The notes under the pieces: model-generated
Databases searched by the model: none
Told to the model about the DNA's origin: nothing
What the model saw: only the letters and a program-made list of their open reading frames with translations
Part shown: positions 33,852 through 43,768 of the stretch, one piece after another
Layout: each line of letters opens with the position of its first letter
How positions within the stretch are numbered: the stretch's first letter is position 1
Virus record (IMG/VR): IMGVR_UViG_3300037524_000555
Span: 1-52,525 of that record
DNA length: 52,525 bases
From: a virus
Lineage: Duplodnaviria; Caudoviricetes
Reading direction: 5' to 3' (one strand)
Translations under genes and position numbers: made by a program

Positions 33852-36800
33852 ATGGCGGTCATTCAAGTTCCCGGGCAAAAGAGCGGGCGCACCTATAGCG
33901 TCAGGATCGCAGGGGACACTCCGTCCCCCTCCGAGCAGGAACGCATCCGTCAGTATCTTGACCAGCAAGAGGCGCAGTTCTCCGAGAGCTACAAAGGCTT
34001 TTTCGGCCAAGAGCCTGCGGTCGATGACGGCACAGCTCTTGGGCGCGGCATTGAGATCGGCGGCACCGCTGCATATTCGAAGCTCGGCACCGCCGCCGAA
34101 TACCTCGGATCGGGGCTCGGCATTGAGTCGCTCCGCAACTTTGGTCAAGGGATGCAGACCTCTGCCGCGAACGAGGCTTTCCTCGAAAGCCTCGCGATGC
34201 CGGCCCCCATGCGCAGAGAAGACATCTCCGGTGTCAGCGATGCGCTGACGTGGCTTGGTGAAGGCATCGGCCAGTCTATCCCTGAGGCTGCGGCCCCGTT
34301 CGCGGCAACGGCGGCTGGCACGTTTTTCGGAGGCCCCGTCGCCGGTTTCGGTGCGGGTGCTGCCACCGCCTTCCCAAGCTTCTTCGGCGGGAACATCCAG
34401 CGCCAAGAGGCCGAGGTTGCGGCCGGGCGCCGCGCAGAGGTTGACACGCAGTCGGCGGTTCTCGCGGCGATCGGCCAGTCCACTGCCAACGCCATCGGCG
34501 ACAAGCTCCTGCTTGGCGGCTTCCTCAAACCGGGACAGAAGTGGCTCACCCGGGCGGCTGTCGGCTTCGGGGAAGGTGCCGCGGCAGAGATCCCGACAGA
34601 GATCGCGCAGGCGATCATGGAGCGCAAACAGGCCGGGCTCCCCCTCGACGACGATGAAGCGATCAGCGAATACATCGACGCGGGCATCCTGAGTGGCGTC
34701 TTCGGCGGCGGCATCCGTGCAACCACTGCCGTTGCCGGAGGTGGGCCCAAGGCTGCAAAGGAGCCTACTCCGCCCGAACAGCCCAATGCCCCGCCCGCGC
34801 CGCCGGCCGCCGCCTTGCCGCCGACCATTGCCGAAGACTTGGAACAGGAGTCGTCGGCTGTCTCCGACAACGAGGACGTGGCCGATGCGCGGAGCGTGTT
34901 CGAGCAGCGCCGCACGATGCTTGAGCAGTCGGGGTCGACCACGGAAGAGGCGCGCATCGACGCCGCAAAGACCACGCTCGAGTACATCGAGCAGCTGAAG
35001 GAGGTCAGCCCGGCCCTGAAGCGCTTCCAAGACATTCTTGGTCGCCAGCTGCGGAACATGCAGGACCAGATCGGCCAAATCGCGCAGTCCTTGCCGCAGG
35101 TTGATGACGATGTGGCTGCGGCCGAGGCCGAATACAACGAGCGCATCAGCGTGCTGGACTATCGCGGCGCCACCCCGGAGGTCGCGGCAAAAGAGGCTGC
35201 CAAGGCCACGGTAGCCTATATCGACTCTCGCGGCGACATCGGGCCCAACCTGAAAGCCTACCGTGAGAAGCTCGCAGCCTCCGGCACGAAGGCAACCAAG
35301 CCCACGGAAATGGGGCAGCCCTCCCTTCCGGACTCGGCCTACGCATCGGAGTTCGAAGACAAGCAGCAGCCGAGCCTGTTCGAGCCGAAGGTTAAGGTGC
35401 TGACGGACGAAATGCTCGATGACATCGGCGTCGGGAGGATCCCCGGAAACCCGGTGCGCAAGCTGGCAGGGAAACCGATTTCGGACCCAGACGTGCGTCA
35501 GGCTCTTGGGTCGCTGGCACAGAGCCCCAACCCGAAAATCCGCCCGCGTATGGCGGCAGCGCTGCTGCGCCCAGAGCCCACTGCAGAGACCCCCGATCTT
35601 GGCTCCGAAGGCGTCGAGGTGGCTGAGCCCATTGCCGCGGCCGAGCCGGATGTCGAAGCGAAGCCGGACGCCGAAGTTCCGGCAACCGCAGAGCCAACGC
35701 CCGAGCCCACCCCGGAGCCCACGCCCGAGCCGACACCTGAGCCCGCGCCAGAGCCGACGCCTGAGCCCGCGCCAGAGCCGACGCCTGAGCCCACGCCAGA
35801 GCCCACGCCAGAGCCGACCCCGGAGCCGGAAGCGACACTCGCGCCGGAACCCACGCCGGTCCCAGCTCCTGTGATTGAGCCAACGCCACCTGCGCCGCCT
35901 GCGCCGGACTTCACTGCTGATGGCCAGTCTCAGTTCAACCTGCCGCCCGGGCCGCCCCCGCCGCCGGACCCGAACTTCGTCCCGCCGCCACAGCCTGCGC
36001 CTGCTCGTGCAGAGCCTGCCGTGCGGAAGACCAAGGAGCAGATCGCTCTCGAGCGCCTCGCCGCCGACTTCATGTCGCGGACCACACCTGCATATCGCAA
36101 GGCGACGTCCGGTGAGGGCGGCCTCAACAATTCGAAGAACTGGGCCTATTACCCGGACATCACGTCGCTCGAGGACAAGATGGCTGTCCTCCGGCTGCTC
36201 GGTCGCGTCGACAACGCCACCCAGAGCAAGATGAAGATGCCAAAGTCCGGGCGCCTGACACCGCAGGAGTCCGCAGCGCGCCTCTATTTCAGCAAGGTCG
36301 TGCGCCCCGTCGACGCCCTCGACATGATGATCGACGACCTGACGGTGGACTATGCGTGGTTCCGCATCCAGCCCGACGCGACGGACCCTGAGCTCAACCT
36401 TTACGAACTCCTGCACGGGACTGGTCACAAGGCCGCGCAGCTCGCAATCGAGTGGGTCAACGCCAACATGTCACCCGGGGTCAAGCGTCGGGTGCAGTAC
36501 CGGATCATGGACAGCGCGCAGCGCACCAAGAACCAAGAGGCGTGGATCGGTATCGGCAAGGAGGGTGACCGGGTAAAGGACCAGCGTGCACGCAAAGCGC
36601 AGCAGAAAGCCGATCTCGACGAGGCGATCAAGGATTACCTCAAGGACGCGCCGGGGACCATCGCGCGCATGGCCGCACAGGATCCTCTCGCAGGTCTCGA
36701 CCACCCACTGCACTATACGGTGAAGCAGGCTCTGAAGAACGGACAGCTGCGCACGGCCCTTCGCGCGCTTGCAATGACTAACCCGAGCCCGGAAGTCCGC

Positions 36801-39800
36801 GCGATGGCCACGGCCTTTGCCGATCGCATCGGGGCGACCCGGGTGGTCGTGGGGGTTCCGGGCGAGATTGTCGGCGATTTCCTTGGGGCTGTGCCTGACG
36901 GGCAGGTGATCCCGGGTATCTACGTCCCAGCGATGAAGGCGTCTGACGAAGGCACGGCGCGGGCAAACGAAGTCGCGAAAAACTTCGGGGATACAATCGT
37001 CCTAGATCCGGAGCATGGCCTGACGGCGCATGTTCTCCTGCACGAAGTGGTGCATCCGCTCACCATCGGCATCGTGCGCAACCAGCCGAACCATCCTGTC
37101 ACACGGCAGCTGACCCAGCTGATGAACACTGTCGGCAAGGCCGCGCCTCCGCCGGAACGCTACGCTGACGACGGATCTCCGGTTTACTCCGACGAGTTCT
37201 ACGGCTTGACGAGCCTCGAAGAGTTCGTGGCCGAAGCCCTTGGCACGGTGGGGCGGAAAGAGAGCCTGCTGCGGCAGCTCATGTCTCGCACCATGGCCGA
37301 CACCTATCGCGTGGATAACGTCGCGGTGCCGCTGACCAACATGCAGCGGTTCTTCGAGATCATCGCCAACGCGATCCGCGCCATGATGAAGCGCCCGTCG
37401 AAGCAGTGGCCGCGCAAACTCGAGCGCAAGGTCGTGCGGGAGACAACGCTGGACGCCACGGAGCGTCTCGTCAAAGGCATCCTGTCGCCGAACCAAGAGG
37501 TTCTGCCGAGCAGCGTCCTGCAGAAGGCGGGCGGTGACCCGGCCATTGCCAACCTCGTGCTGAGCAACGCGATCAAGTCGGCCCCGGTGTGGGACGCCGA
37601 AGGGAGGGACCGGCTGCGCGCAAACATCAGGGCCAGCATCCCATCGGGGGCGCGGCGGGCGCTTCTCGGCACCCTGCAGCTGGAATGGTTCGCCGATCTG
37701 GCTGGAAAGTGGCTACCTCAGGTCCGCATGCTGAAGGATCTCGACGACCAGCGGCGTGGCTACATCGACCAGATGACCGGGAAGACCAAGGTCCTGATGG
37801 ACGATTTGGTCGAGTACATGCGGAGGGATCCGGACGGCTTCAAGAACCTGATGAGCCTTGAGGGTCAGGCGACGCTGTTCGAGGTCGACCCGACCAAGTC
37901 GGCAGACAGCTATCTCGGTGATCAAGAGAAGCTCGACGCGTGGCATGCCCTGAACCGCCAGCTCGCTGCGATCGGTCCCGAAGGTCGTGCGACGTTCAAG
38001 AAGATGCGGAACTTCAACGCAGCGTACCGCAAGGAGATAGAGGCGGTCCTCTGGGAGCAGACGAAGGCTATCACCCCGGACGGCACCAAGCGGCGCAGCC
38101 TCTACAGCCAGCTGCTCGAGCGGATCACCTCCGAGGGTGTGATCGACCCGTACTTCTCGCTCATGCGGGACGGGGATTTCTGGCTCGGCTACACTGCTGA
38201 AGACCTGTCGGTTGCCCCGACGCTCGACCCGGACACCGGGAAGATGATGCGCCCGCTCACGCGCTATGTGCAGGCCTTCACGTCGGCGTGGGACCGGGAC
38301 CGGTTCCTGCAGCAGCTCAAGGCCAAGAAGACCGAGAGCGGCGACCCGGTGATCATCGGAGAGCCGGACGTCTTCATGCGCGAGGAAGTCTTCAGCCGGA
38401 ACCGCGCCGTGCAGCCTGAGTTCCTGCAGGGGGTGATGAACATCATCAACGCCGCGATCCCGGACAAGTCCCTCGACGGGCACCGGGACGCCGCCATCGA
38501 CGCGGTCAAGGATCTGTTCCTCCGCTTCACCCCGGAGCACTCGCTCCTGCGGTCGTTCAACAAGCGCAAGGGCGTCAGGGGCTTCATCGGGGACATCACC
38601 CCGCTCGGTGTCGTGGACGCTCCGCACGACATGACGCATGTCATTGCGAAGAAGTCCGCCAACATGACCTACCAGCTGGCGAACATGAAGTACGGCGCCA
38701 AGATCCAGCGCGTCCGCAACATGGCGGCCGAGGCGTACCAAGAGCAGAACCGGCGCAATGATCTGGATCAAGGCGACAAGGTCGAACTGCAAGCGTACTA
38801 TCAGGAGTTCGAAGACCGGGCGAAGTTCGCTCAGAGCCCCAACATCAGCAGCACGGCGCAGTGGGTGCGCGGCATCACCTTCGGGATGACCCTCGGGTTC
38901 AACATCTCGGGCGCGATCAACAACCTGATGCAGATCCCGATGCTTGGCTACACCCACCTCGTGGGACGCTACGACGCGAAGGGGTCCATGCGGGCGCTGG
39001 GCTTCGCTGCCAAGATGCTGACCAACGCCGGGCGCACTTACCGGCAGACGGCTGTCGGCCCAGACGGGGACACTGTCCGCACCCTGAAGTCGGTAGACCA
39101 TGCCGGGTCGATCGGGAATTACTTCGAGGTCGGCCCCGACGGCGAGCTGCGGGTCCGGACGGACGAGGAGGCGCCCCGGGCGCTGAAGAACCCAGAGCTG
39201 CGCAAGAAGATCGCGGACATGGACGTCCTCGTCGAGGTGCTCTCGAACAACGGCATGCTGACCCACTCGCAGGGGCAGGACATGCTGATCGCCGAGAACG
39301 ACTGGCTCGCTCGGATCAACAAGTGGTCCGGCTTCTTCATGCACCACGCCGAACGCTTCAACCGGCAGGCCATGGCCATCGCCACCTACAATCTCGAGCT
39401 GGACAAGGTTCGGGACAAGGACGGCAACGTGAGCCATGAGGACAAGGTTTCCGCCGCGAAGGAGGCGATCCTCGCGACCGAGATGGTCAACGGCAGCCTC
39501 GGTGCCGCCGCGGCCCCACGCTACGCCCAAAACGCCATCGGCTCCGTGGTGTTCCTATACAAGCGGTTCGGCCTGTCGATGGCTCGGTACATCATCAACA
39601 CCACGAAGGCGGCGCTGCGCTCCGTCGATGCCGGCATGACCCCGGAGCAGCAGCTCTATGCCCGGCAGGAGCGTGCCGTGGCGCGCTATCAGATCGGCGG
39701 CCTTCTTGGCACCGCTGCGCTGTTCTCCGGCATTCAGGGCCTCCCGTTCTACGGGGAGATCATGTCCCTGCTGAACGCCCTCTTCACGGACGACGACGAG

Positions 39801-40535
39801 GAGGATTTCGAGACGGTCCTGCAGAAGTATGTGCAGCAGCCATTCTACCATGGGGCCATCAACTACCTGACCGGGGCAGAGGTCGCGTCGCGCATCTCCT
39901 TCAGCGGCCTGATCTATCGCGAGAACAAGATCGAGAAGGATCAGTTCTGGCTCTACGACCTCATCGAGACCTTCGGCGGCCCGGCTGTCGGCGTGCTGAT
40001 GAACGCATCGCGCGGAACTGGTCTCATCGCGGAAGGTGAGACCTACCGCGGCGTCGAGGCAATGGCCCCGGCATTCATCCGGAACTTCATGAAGTCCGGC
40101 CGGTACATGTTCGAGGGCGCCCGCACGGTGCGCGGTGACGAGATTGTCCCGCTCTCCACTGCAGACATCGCGATGCAGATGATCGGCTACACCCCGGCCA
40201 CCTACGCCCGGCAGCAGGAGGCTGTCTCCGGCGAACGCAAGATCCGCGAGGCTGTGAAGCGTGAGAAGGGCAAGCTGTATCGCCGCTACTATCTGGCGCA
40301 GCTCGAGGGCGACTACGAGGAAGCCCGGGAGATCTGGATGGACATGCAGGACTTCAACCGGCGCAACCCGACGTCGCAGATCACCCGCGACACGCTGAAG
40401 AAGTCGATGAACGCCTACAAGAACCGCACTGCCGAGATGGTCAGCGGCGTGAGCTTCAGCAAGTCCGACCGGCCGCTCGTGATGGAGAGCCTTGCAGAGT
40501 ACGACCAGAATGCGACGCTCTGGTCCGGGCAATAA
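33852..40535 (+). CDS. large polyvalent virion protein with zincin-like metallopeptidase motif
   Basis: 2227 aa; AGGAGG SD; LLHEVVH with downstream EEFVAEA; PEPT linker; helical C-terminal region. Confidence 0.75.
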   Translation: MAVIQVPGQKSGRTYSVRIAGDTPSPSEQERIRQYLDQQEAQFSESYKGFFGQEPAVDDGTALGRGIEIGGTAAYSKLGTAAEYLGSGLGIESLRNFGQGMQTSAANEAFLESLAMPAPMRREDISGVSDALTWLGEGIGQSIPEAAAPFAATAAGTFFGGPVAGFGAGAATAFPSFFGGNIQRQEAEVAAGRRAEVDTQSAVLAAIGQSTANAIGDKLLLGGFLKPGQKWLTRAAVGFGEGAAAEIPTEIAQAIMERKQAGLPLDDDEAISEYIDAGILSGVFGGGIRATTAVAGGGPKAAKEPTPPEQPNAPPAPPAAALPPTIAEDLEQESSAVSDNEDVADARSVFEQRRTMLEQSGSTTEEARIDAAKTTLEYIEQLKEVSPALKRFQDILGRQLRNMQDQIGQIAQSLPQVDDDVAAAEAEYNERISVLDYRGATPEVAAKEAAKATVAYIDSRGDIGPNLKAYREKLAASGTKATKPTEMGQPSLPDSAYASEFEDKQQPSLFEPKVKVLTDEMLDDIGVGRIPGNPVRKLAGKPISDPDVRQALGSLAQSPNPKIRPRMAAALLRPEPTAETPDLGSEGVEVAEPIAAAEPDVEAKPDAEVPATAEPTPEPTPEPTPEPTPEPAPEPTPEPAPEPTPEPTPEPTPEPTPEPEATLAPEPTPVPAPVIEPTPPAPPAPDFTADGQSQFNLPPGPPPPPDPNFVPPPQPAPARAEPAVRKTKEQIALERLAADFMSRTTPAYRKATSGEGGLNNSKNWAYYPDITSLEDKMAVLRLLGRVDNATQSKMKMPKSGRLTPQESAARLYFSKVVRPVDALDMMIDDLTVDYAWFRIQPDATDPELNLYELLHGTGHKAAQLAIEWVNANMSPGVKRRVQYRIMDSAQRTKNQEAWIGIGKEGDRVKDQRARKAQQKADLDEAIKDYLKDAPGTIARMAAQDPLAGLDHPLHYTVKQALKNGQLRTALRALAMTNPSPEVRAMATAFADRIGATRVVVGVPGEIVGDFLGAVPDGQVIPGIYVPAMKASDEGTARANEVAKNFGDTIVLDPEHGLTAHVLLHEVVHPLTIGIVRNQPNHPVTRQLTQLMNTVGKAAPPPERYADDGSPVYSDEFYGLTSLEEFVAEALGTVGRKESLLRQLMSRTMADTYRVDNVAVPLTNMQRFFEIIANAIRAMMKRPSKQWPRKLERKVVRETTLDATERLVKGILSPNQEVLPSSVLQKAGGDPAIANLVLSNAIKSAPVWDAEGRDRLRANIRASIPSGARRALLGTLQLEWFADLAGKWLPQVRMLKDLDDQRRGYIDQMTGKTKVLMDDLVEYMRRDPDGFKNLMSLEGQATLFEVDPTKSADSYLGDQEKLDAWHALNRQLAAIGPEGRATFKKMRNFNAAYRKEIEAVLWEQTKAITPDGTKRRSLYSQLLERITSEGVIDPYFSLMRDGDFWLGYTAEDLSVAPTLDPDTGKMMRPLTRYVQAFTSAWDRDRFLQQLKAKKTESGDPVIIGEPDVFMREEVFSRNRAVQPEFLQGVMNIINAAIPDKSLDGHRDAAIDAVKDLFLRFTPEHSLLRSFNKRKGVRGFIGDITPLGVVDAPHDMTHVIAKKSANMTYQLANMKYGAKIQRVRNMAAEAYQEQNRRNDLDQGDKVELQAYYQEFEDRAKFAQSPNISSTAQWVRGITFGMTLGFNISGAINNLMQIPMLGYTHLVGRYDAKGSMRALGFAAKMLTNAGRTYRQTAVGPDGDTVRTLKSVDHAGSIGNYFEVGPDGELRVRTDEEAPRALKNPELRKKIADMDVLVEVLSNNGMLTHSQGQDMLIAENDWLARINKWSGFFMHHAERFNRQAMAIATYNLELDKVRDKDGNVSHEDKVSAAKEAILATEMVNGSLGAAAAPRYAQNAIGSVVFLYKRFGLSMARYIINTTKAALRSVDAGMTPEQQLYARQERAVARYQIGGLLGTAALFSGIQGLPFYGEIMSLLNALFTDDDEEDFETVLQKYVQQPFYHGAINYLTGAEVASRISFSGLIYRENKIEKDQFWLYDLIETFGGPAVGVLMNASRGTGLIAEGETYRGVEAMAPAFIRNFMKSGRYMFEGARTVRGDEIVPLSTADIAMQMIGYTPATYARQQEAVSGERKIREAVKREKGKLYRRYYLAQLEGDYEEAREIWMDMQDFNRRNPTSQITRDTLKKSMNAYKNRTAEMVSGVSFSKSDRPLVMESLAEYDQNATLWSGQ
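35690..35870 (+). repeat. 12-bp coding repeats (PEPT/PEPA)
   Basis: About 11 consecutive EP(T/A)P units. Confidence 0.9.
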
Positions 40536-40560
40536 AAAAGCCCCCGCCGAAGCGGGGGCT
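40534..40560 (-). terminator. rho-independent terminator where the two arms converge
   Basis: AGCCCCCGC-TTCG-GCGGGGGCT followed by a T run on minus strand. Confidence 0.9.
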
Positions 40561-40612
40561 AGTTAGCCACACAGGGAGGACACGGCGGCTTGGCGGAGCA
40601 GTCATGTCTTCG
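40534..40612 (-). ncRNA. candidate anti-SD small RNA with own promoter and terminator
   Basis: TTGCGA-18-TATAGT (40648-40619, extended -10); AGCCGCCGTG-TCCTCCC-TGTGTGGCT imperfect hairpin; terminator. Confidence 0.5.
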
Positions 40613-40624
40613 GCGGTGACTATA

Positions 40625-40843
40625 TCATGCGATCCTCCACACTCGCAACCCCAACATACCGTGCTCGACCCGGACCCGTGACCTGAGCGTCATGGCGTTG
40701 TCCCGTGCAATGATCAGCAGCTGTTCCCGGGCCCGTACGATGTTCACGCATGGGGCAAAGAACGAGTCCCCGATCTGCATCTCCCACCACTGGACGGCGA
40801 TGACGGCTCCATCAGGGTTTAGCTCGCGAACCCGGCTTTTCAC
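40625..40843 (-). CDS. small hypothetical protein (WWEMQIGDSFF motif)
   Basis: 72 aa at end of replication operon; GLRVWR end. Confidence 0.65.
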   Translation of the reverse strand: MKSRVRELNPDGAVIAVQWWEMQIGDSFFAPCVNIVRAREQLLIIARDNAMTLRSRVRVEHGMLGLRVWRIA

Positions 40844-43697
40844 TGTCTGCGTCTCCGAGCTCGATCGGGAGGCGATCCGTGTCGATCGACAGACACATTG
40901 CCGCCGGCAGGTTCATGGTCGTGCCGCGCGTGAGCTTGACGTTGATCTGTCTGGCCGCGTGGTTCTGGCAGAGGTCTTTCGCGATGGAGTTGAAGTTCAG
41001 CTGCTGCTCGGCCAGCCATGCCCGCAAGGGCTTCGCCAGAAGGTAGAGCATCTTCTTGTCGGTCTCGTACCGGCCCACAATGTCGATCCCCTTTGGCAGC
41101 TGCTCCGGCACGACGAGCTGATCGACGCCGTTCCCATTGAGCCCCTTGCCGGTGGCGGTGGACCTGATCTGCAGAATGCGACCCCAATTGTGGTAGACGT
41201 ACTCGCTGATCGCCGGGAGCGCCGCAGTCTGCATGCTGCCGCTGGCACTCTGGTTGCTCTGCAGGACGTTCTTCACGACATAGGTCTGCAGGTTCTTCAC
41301 GTCGTATTTGAGCAGGCCGAGGTGGTTGCATATGACAGCGGCAGCGATGGACACGGCGGCAGCCGCTGACCAGAAGCGGTTCTCGGGGCCGAGCCGGGCG
41401 GCCTTGTCGATGTGCCGCTGCACCGTGCTGACCAAGATGTCCACGCTGGCGCGGTTCGCGATGACGTACTTGACGAAGATCTCACCCGCATGGCCGTAGT
41501 TGTTCTGCAGCTCGCGGCTGAACTTGTCGGTGACTTCCTTGTCTTCCTTGCCGGTGAACAGCTTGCTCACCTCGATCTCGAGAACACGCTGGGCCTCTGC
41601 CTTCGGCATCGCCTTGGCGAGGGCTACCTTGTCGATGATGCTGCTGTTTCCCGTGGTGATGAAGAGCAGGTTCCACGGGTCGCCGCGATAGCGCTCGGTG
41701 TTGCCGTTGGCGCTGAGACGGTTCCGCTGCTGGCCGCCGGTGATCTGATAGATCATGTCGGAGGCGTCGCTCGGGCGGATGTTGGTGATCTCGTCCATGC
41801 ACACCGGCAGGTTGTGCATGACATCGGCACGGTTCATCTTCGAGTTGAAGGTGTCCTTCTCGCTCAAGAGCAGCTTCACAGGGTCTCCCCAGATCGACAG
41901 CGCGGCCATCAGGGCCGTCGTCTTGCCGAAGCCGGAGTCGCTCGACCACAGGTGCAGCATGGCTGCGTTGACCGGCATGAACTTCATCAGGGCCGACCCG
42001 AACCCAGCGCATACGACGAGCTGATGCAGTTCGAAGCCTTTCCGGTTGTAGAAGTTCATCGACGTCTTCCACCCATCGAGCGTACCTTTCTGCTCGAAAA
42101 ACTCCACTGTGGACCGGGTGGACGACGACGGGGCGTTGTACTCGGTATCCCCGGCGGAGATCACCTTCTCGCCAACGACGAACGCCTCGAAGTCCTTGAG
42201 CCACCCATACTGGCGGTGAGCGGTGTCTGCCATTGTCGTCTGCTGGAGCTCTTTTACCCAAGCCTGCGTGTACGCCATGAGCGTGTCTACCTCCTTGTTG
42301 ATGGCCGCCACGCCCTGCATGGCCAGCGCTTTCCTGAACTCCTCCTTCGACGTCACCGTGTAGAGCGGCACGACGAAAGACCGTATCCCGTCACGCGGAA
42401 GGTGGTGCCGCATTTCCACGATCTCCCCCATCTCGGGGTCGGTCAGGCGGCGGACAACATAGAGGTCGTTGCCCCAGACCAGCTGCGGGACCGGGGCGCC
42501 ATCTTCGTCGCGCGTCATGATGTATACCCCACCTGCCTTGCCGCGCACATAGGGTGATGGGTACTTCGGGATCTCTCCCAGCTTCGGGGTAGCCGGTTCC
42601 GGGTCGTCGCGGCGCAGGATGGGCTCGTCGTCTTCGTCGGCTTCGACAAACTCCCGGCCGAGAACGATCGGTGACTTGATCTTGCCCCAGAACGGGCACT
42701 TGGTGCAGATGCCCTTGTTCTCGCTGTTGAACGTGGCGCAGCTGTGTGGGGCCGGGATGGCGCGGGCCTTCACCTCGGTCTGACGCGGGTCGTATTCCGG
42801 ATGCCCCTTGGAGATCCAGTGGATCGCCTTCTCTTCCTCACAGTGCACGGCAATGGACAGGCCGGAGCGCCACAGCGGCTCTGAGACGTCAGCTGGGTTG
42901 GCGACCATCTCGCCAATCTGGGCGCAGCCCTTGCCCTCTGCCGTCTTGCGCATCAGCAGCTTGAAGGACGAGCGGAAGTTGCCCATGAGGGCTTCCATCG
43001 TGGAGTTGGTCGACAGCAGGGACTTTGCCGAAACTGCCACCGCACTGCCATCCTCGAACAGGCTCGCCTTGGCCACGGGCAGCTCTTTGGCATGGGGTGC
43101 GAGCAGGCGGGACAGGTGTGACAACTCGCTCGGGTCGTCCCCGTCCATCAACACCGCGACGGGCTTCGGCGGGTTGTCCTTGTGGTTGTGGGTGCCCGGC
43201 ACGCGCAGGACGCGGGCGGCGTCTGTCGTCGCGGTGGTGTCGCATGGGAAGTTCAGGGCGGCGCAGGCGGCCTTCAGGCGCGTCGCCACCGGCATCCAGT
43301 CACCAGTCGTGACCGGCTCGGTCAGGGGCCAGTAGACGTGCAGTCCGCGGCCCGAGTTGACGACCAGTGGCTTGGGGAGAGACGTGGCCTTGACGAACCG
43401 ACGGAGCGCCTGCATCGCCTCGTGCTGATCCGGGTAGTCCTTCTCGGGCCCGCAGTCCAGATCGAGGTAAAGGGCGCGCATGAGCTCGACGTTGTCGGCC
43501 TTGCGGTTCCGGTCTGTAAGGAAGGTGCCGAGGGCGAAGTAGGCGTTGAGGCCGTTCTCATCCATCAGCTCGGCAGCGCGGAGCATGTCTTCATGCGACG
43601 AGTAGAATTTCTGCTTACGGACGCCGTCGCCGAGACCGAGGGTGCAGTAGTATCCGGCGTCCCCTGTAACACGCCGTAGGAAGTCCAGTGTTTTCAT
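40812..43697 (-). CDS. primase-helicase (AEP/RepB-like primase fused to DUF927-type helicase)
   Basis: LYLDLD, VNSGRGLHVYW, RVLRVPGT; Cys cluster; Walker A SDSGFGKTT; Walker B CMDE. Confidence 0.88.
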   Translation of the reverse strand: MKTLDFLRRVTGDAGYYCTLGLGDGVRKQKFYSSHEDMLRAAELMDENGLNAYFALGTFLTDRNRKADNVELMRALYLDLDCGPEKDYPDQHEAMQALRRFVKATSLPKPLVVNSGRGLHVYWPLTEPVTTGDWMPVATRLKAACAALNFPCDTTATTDAARVLRVPGTHNHKDNPPKPVAVLMDGDDPSELSHLSRLLAPHAKELPVAKASLFEDGSAVAVSAKSLLSTNSTMEALMGNFRSSFKLLMRKTAEGKGCAQIGEMVANPADVSEPLWRSGLSIAVHCEEEKAIHWISKGHPEYDPRQTEVKARAIPAPHSCATFNSENKGICTKCPFWGKIKSPIVLGREFVEADEDDEPILRRDDPEPATPKLGEIPKYPSPYVRGKAGGVYIMTRDEDGAPVPQLVWGNDLYVVRRLTDPEMGEIVEMRHHLPRDGIRSFVVPLYTVTSKEEFRKALAMQGVAAINKEVDTLMAYTQAWVKELQQTTMADTAHRQYGWLKDFEAFVVGEKVISAGDTEYNAPSSSTRSTVEFFEQKGTLDGWKTSMNFYNRKGFELHQLVVCAGFGSALMKFMPVNAAMLHLWSSDSGFGKTTALMAALSIWGDPVKLLLSEKDTFNSKMNRADVMHNLPVCMDEITNIRPSDASDMIYQITGGQQRNRLSANGNTERYRGDPWNLLFITTGNSSIIDKVALAKAMPKAEAQRVLEIEVSKLFTGKEDKEVTDKFSRELQNNYGHAGEIFVKYVIANRASVDILVSTVQRHIDKAARLGPENRFWSAAAAVSIAAAVICNHLGLLKYDVKNLQTYVVKNVLQSNQSASGSMQTAALPAISEYVYHNWGRILQIRSTATGKGLNGNGVDQLVVPEQLPKGIDIVGRYETDKKMLYLLAKPLRAWLAEQQLNFNSIAKDLCQNHAARQINVKLTRGTTMNLPAAMCLSIDTDRLPIELGDADSEKPGSRAKP

Positions 43698-43709
43698 AGC
43701 CGCCACTCT

Positions 43710-43756
43710 GAAAAGAAGGGACGCGCCGGGGCGGTTCTTATTGTGCCCCGGCGCGC
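43710..43756 (-). terminator. GC hairpin/terminator between SSB-like gene and primase-helicase
   Basis: CGCGCCGGGGC...GCCCCGGCGCG followed by CCCTTCTTTTC on minus strand. Confidence 0.6.
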
Positions 43757-43768
43757 TGTTGTCTTGGA

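Noticed and set aside
5610-40532. Long minus-strand ORFs opposite structural genes (e.g. 5610..7298, 20559..22793, 33798..36428, 37713..39530)
   Set aside because: Shadow ORFs from GC3 bias; no recognisable motifs and fully overlapping well-supported genes.
33852-40535. N4-like virion RNA polymerase
   Set aside because: No T7/N4 RNAP catalytic motifs recognised; features fit a polyvalent ejection protein better.
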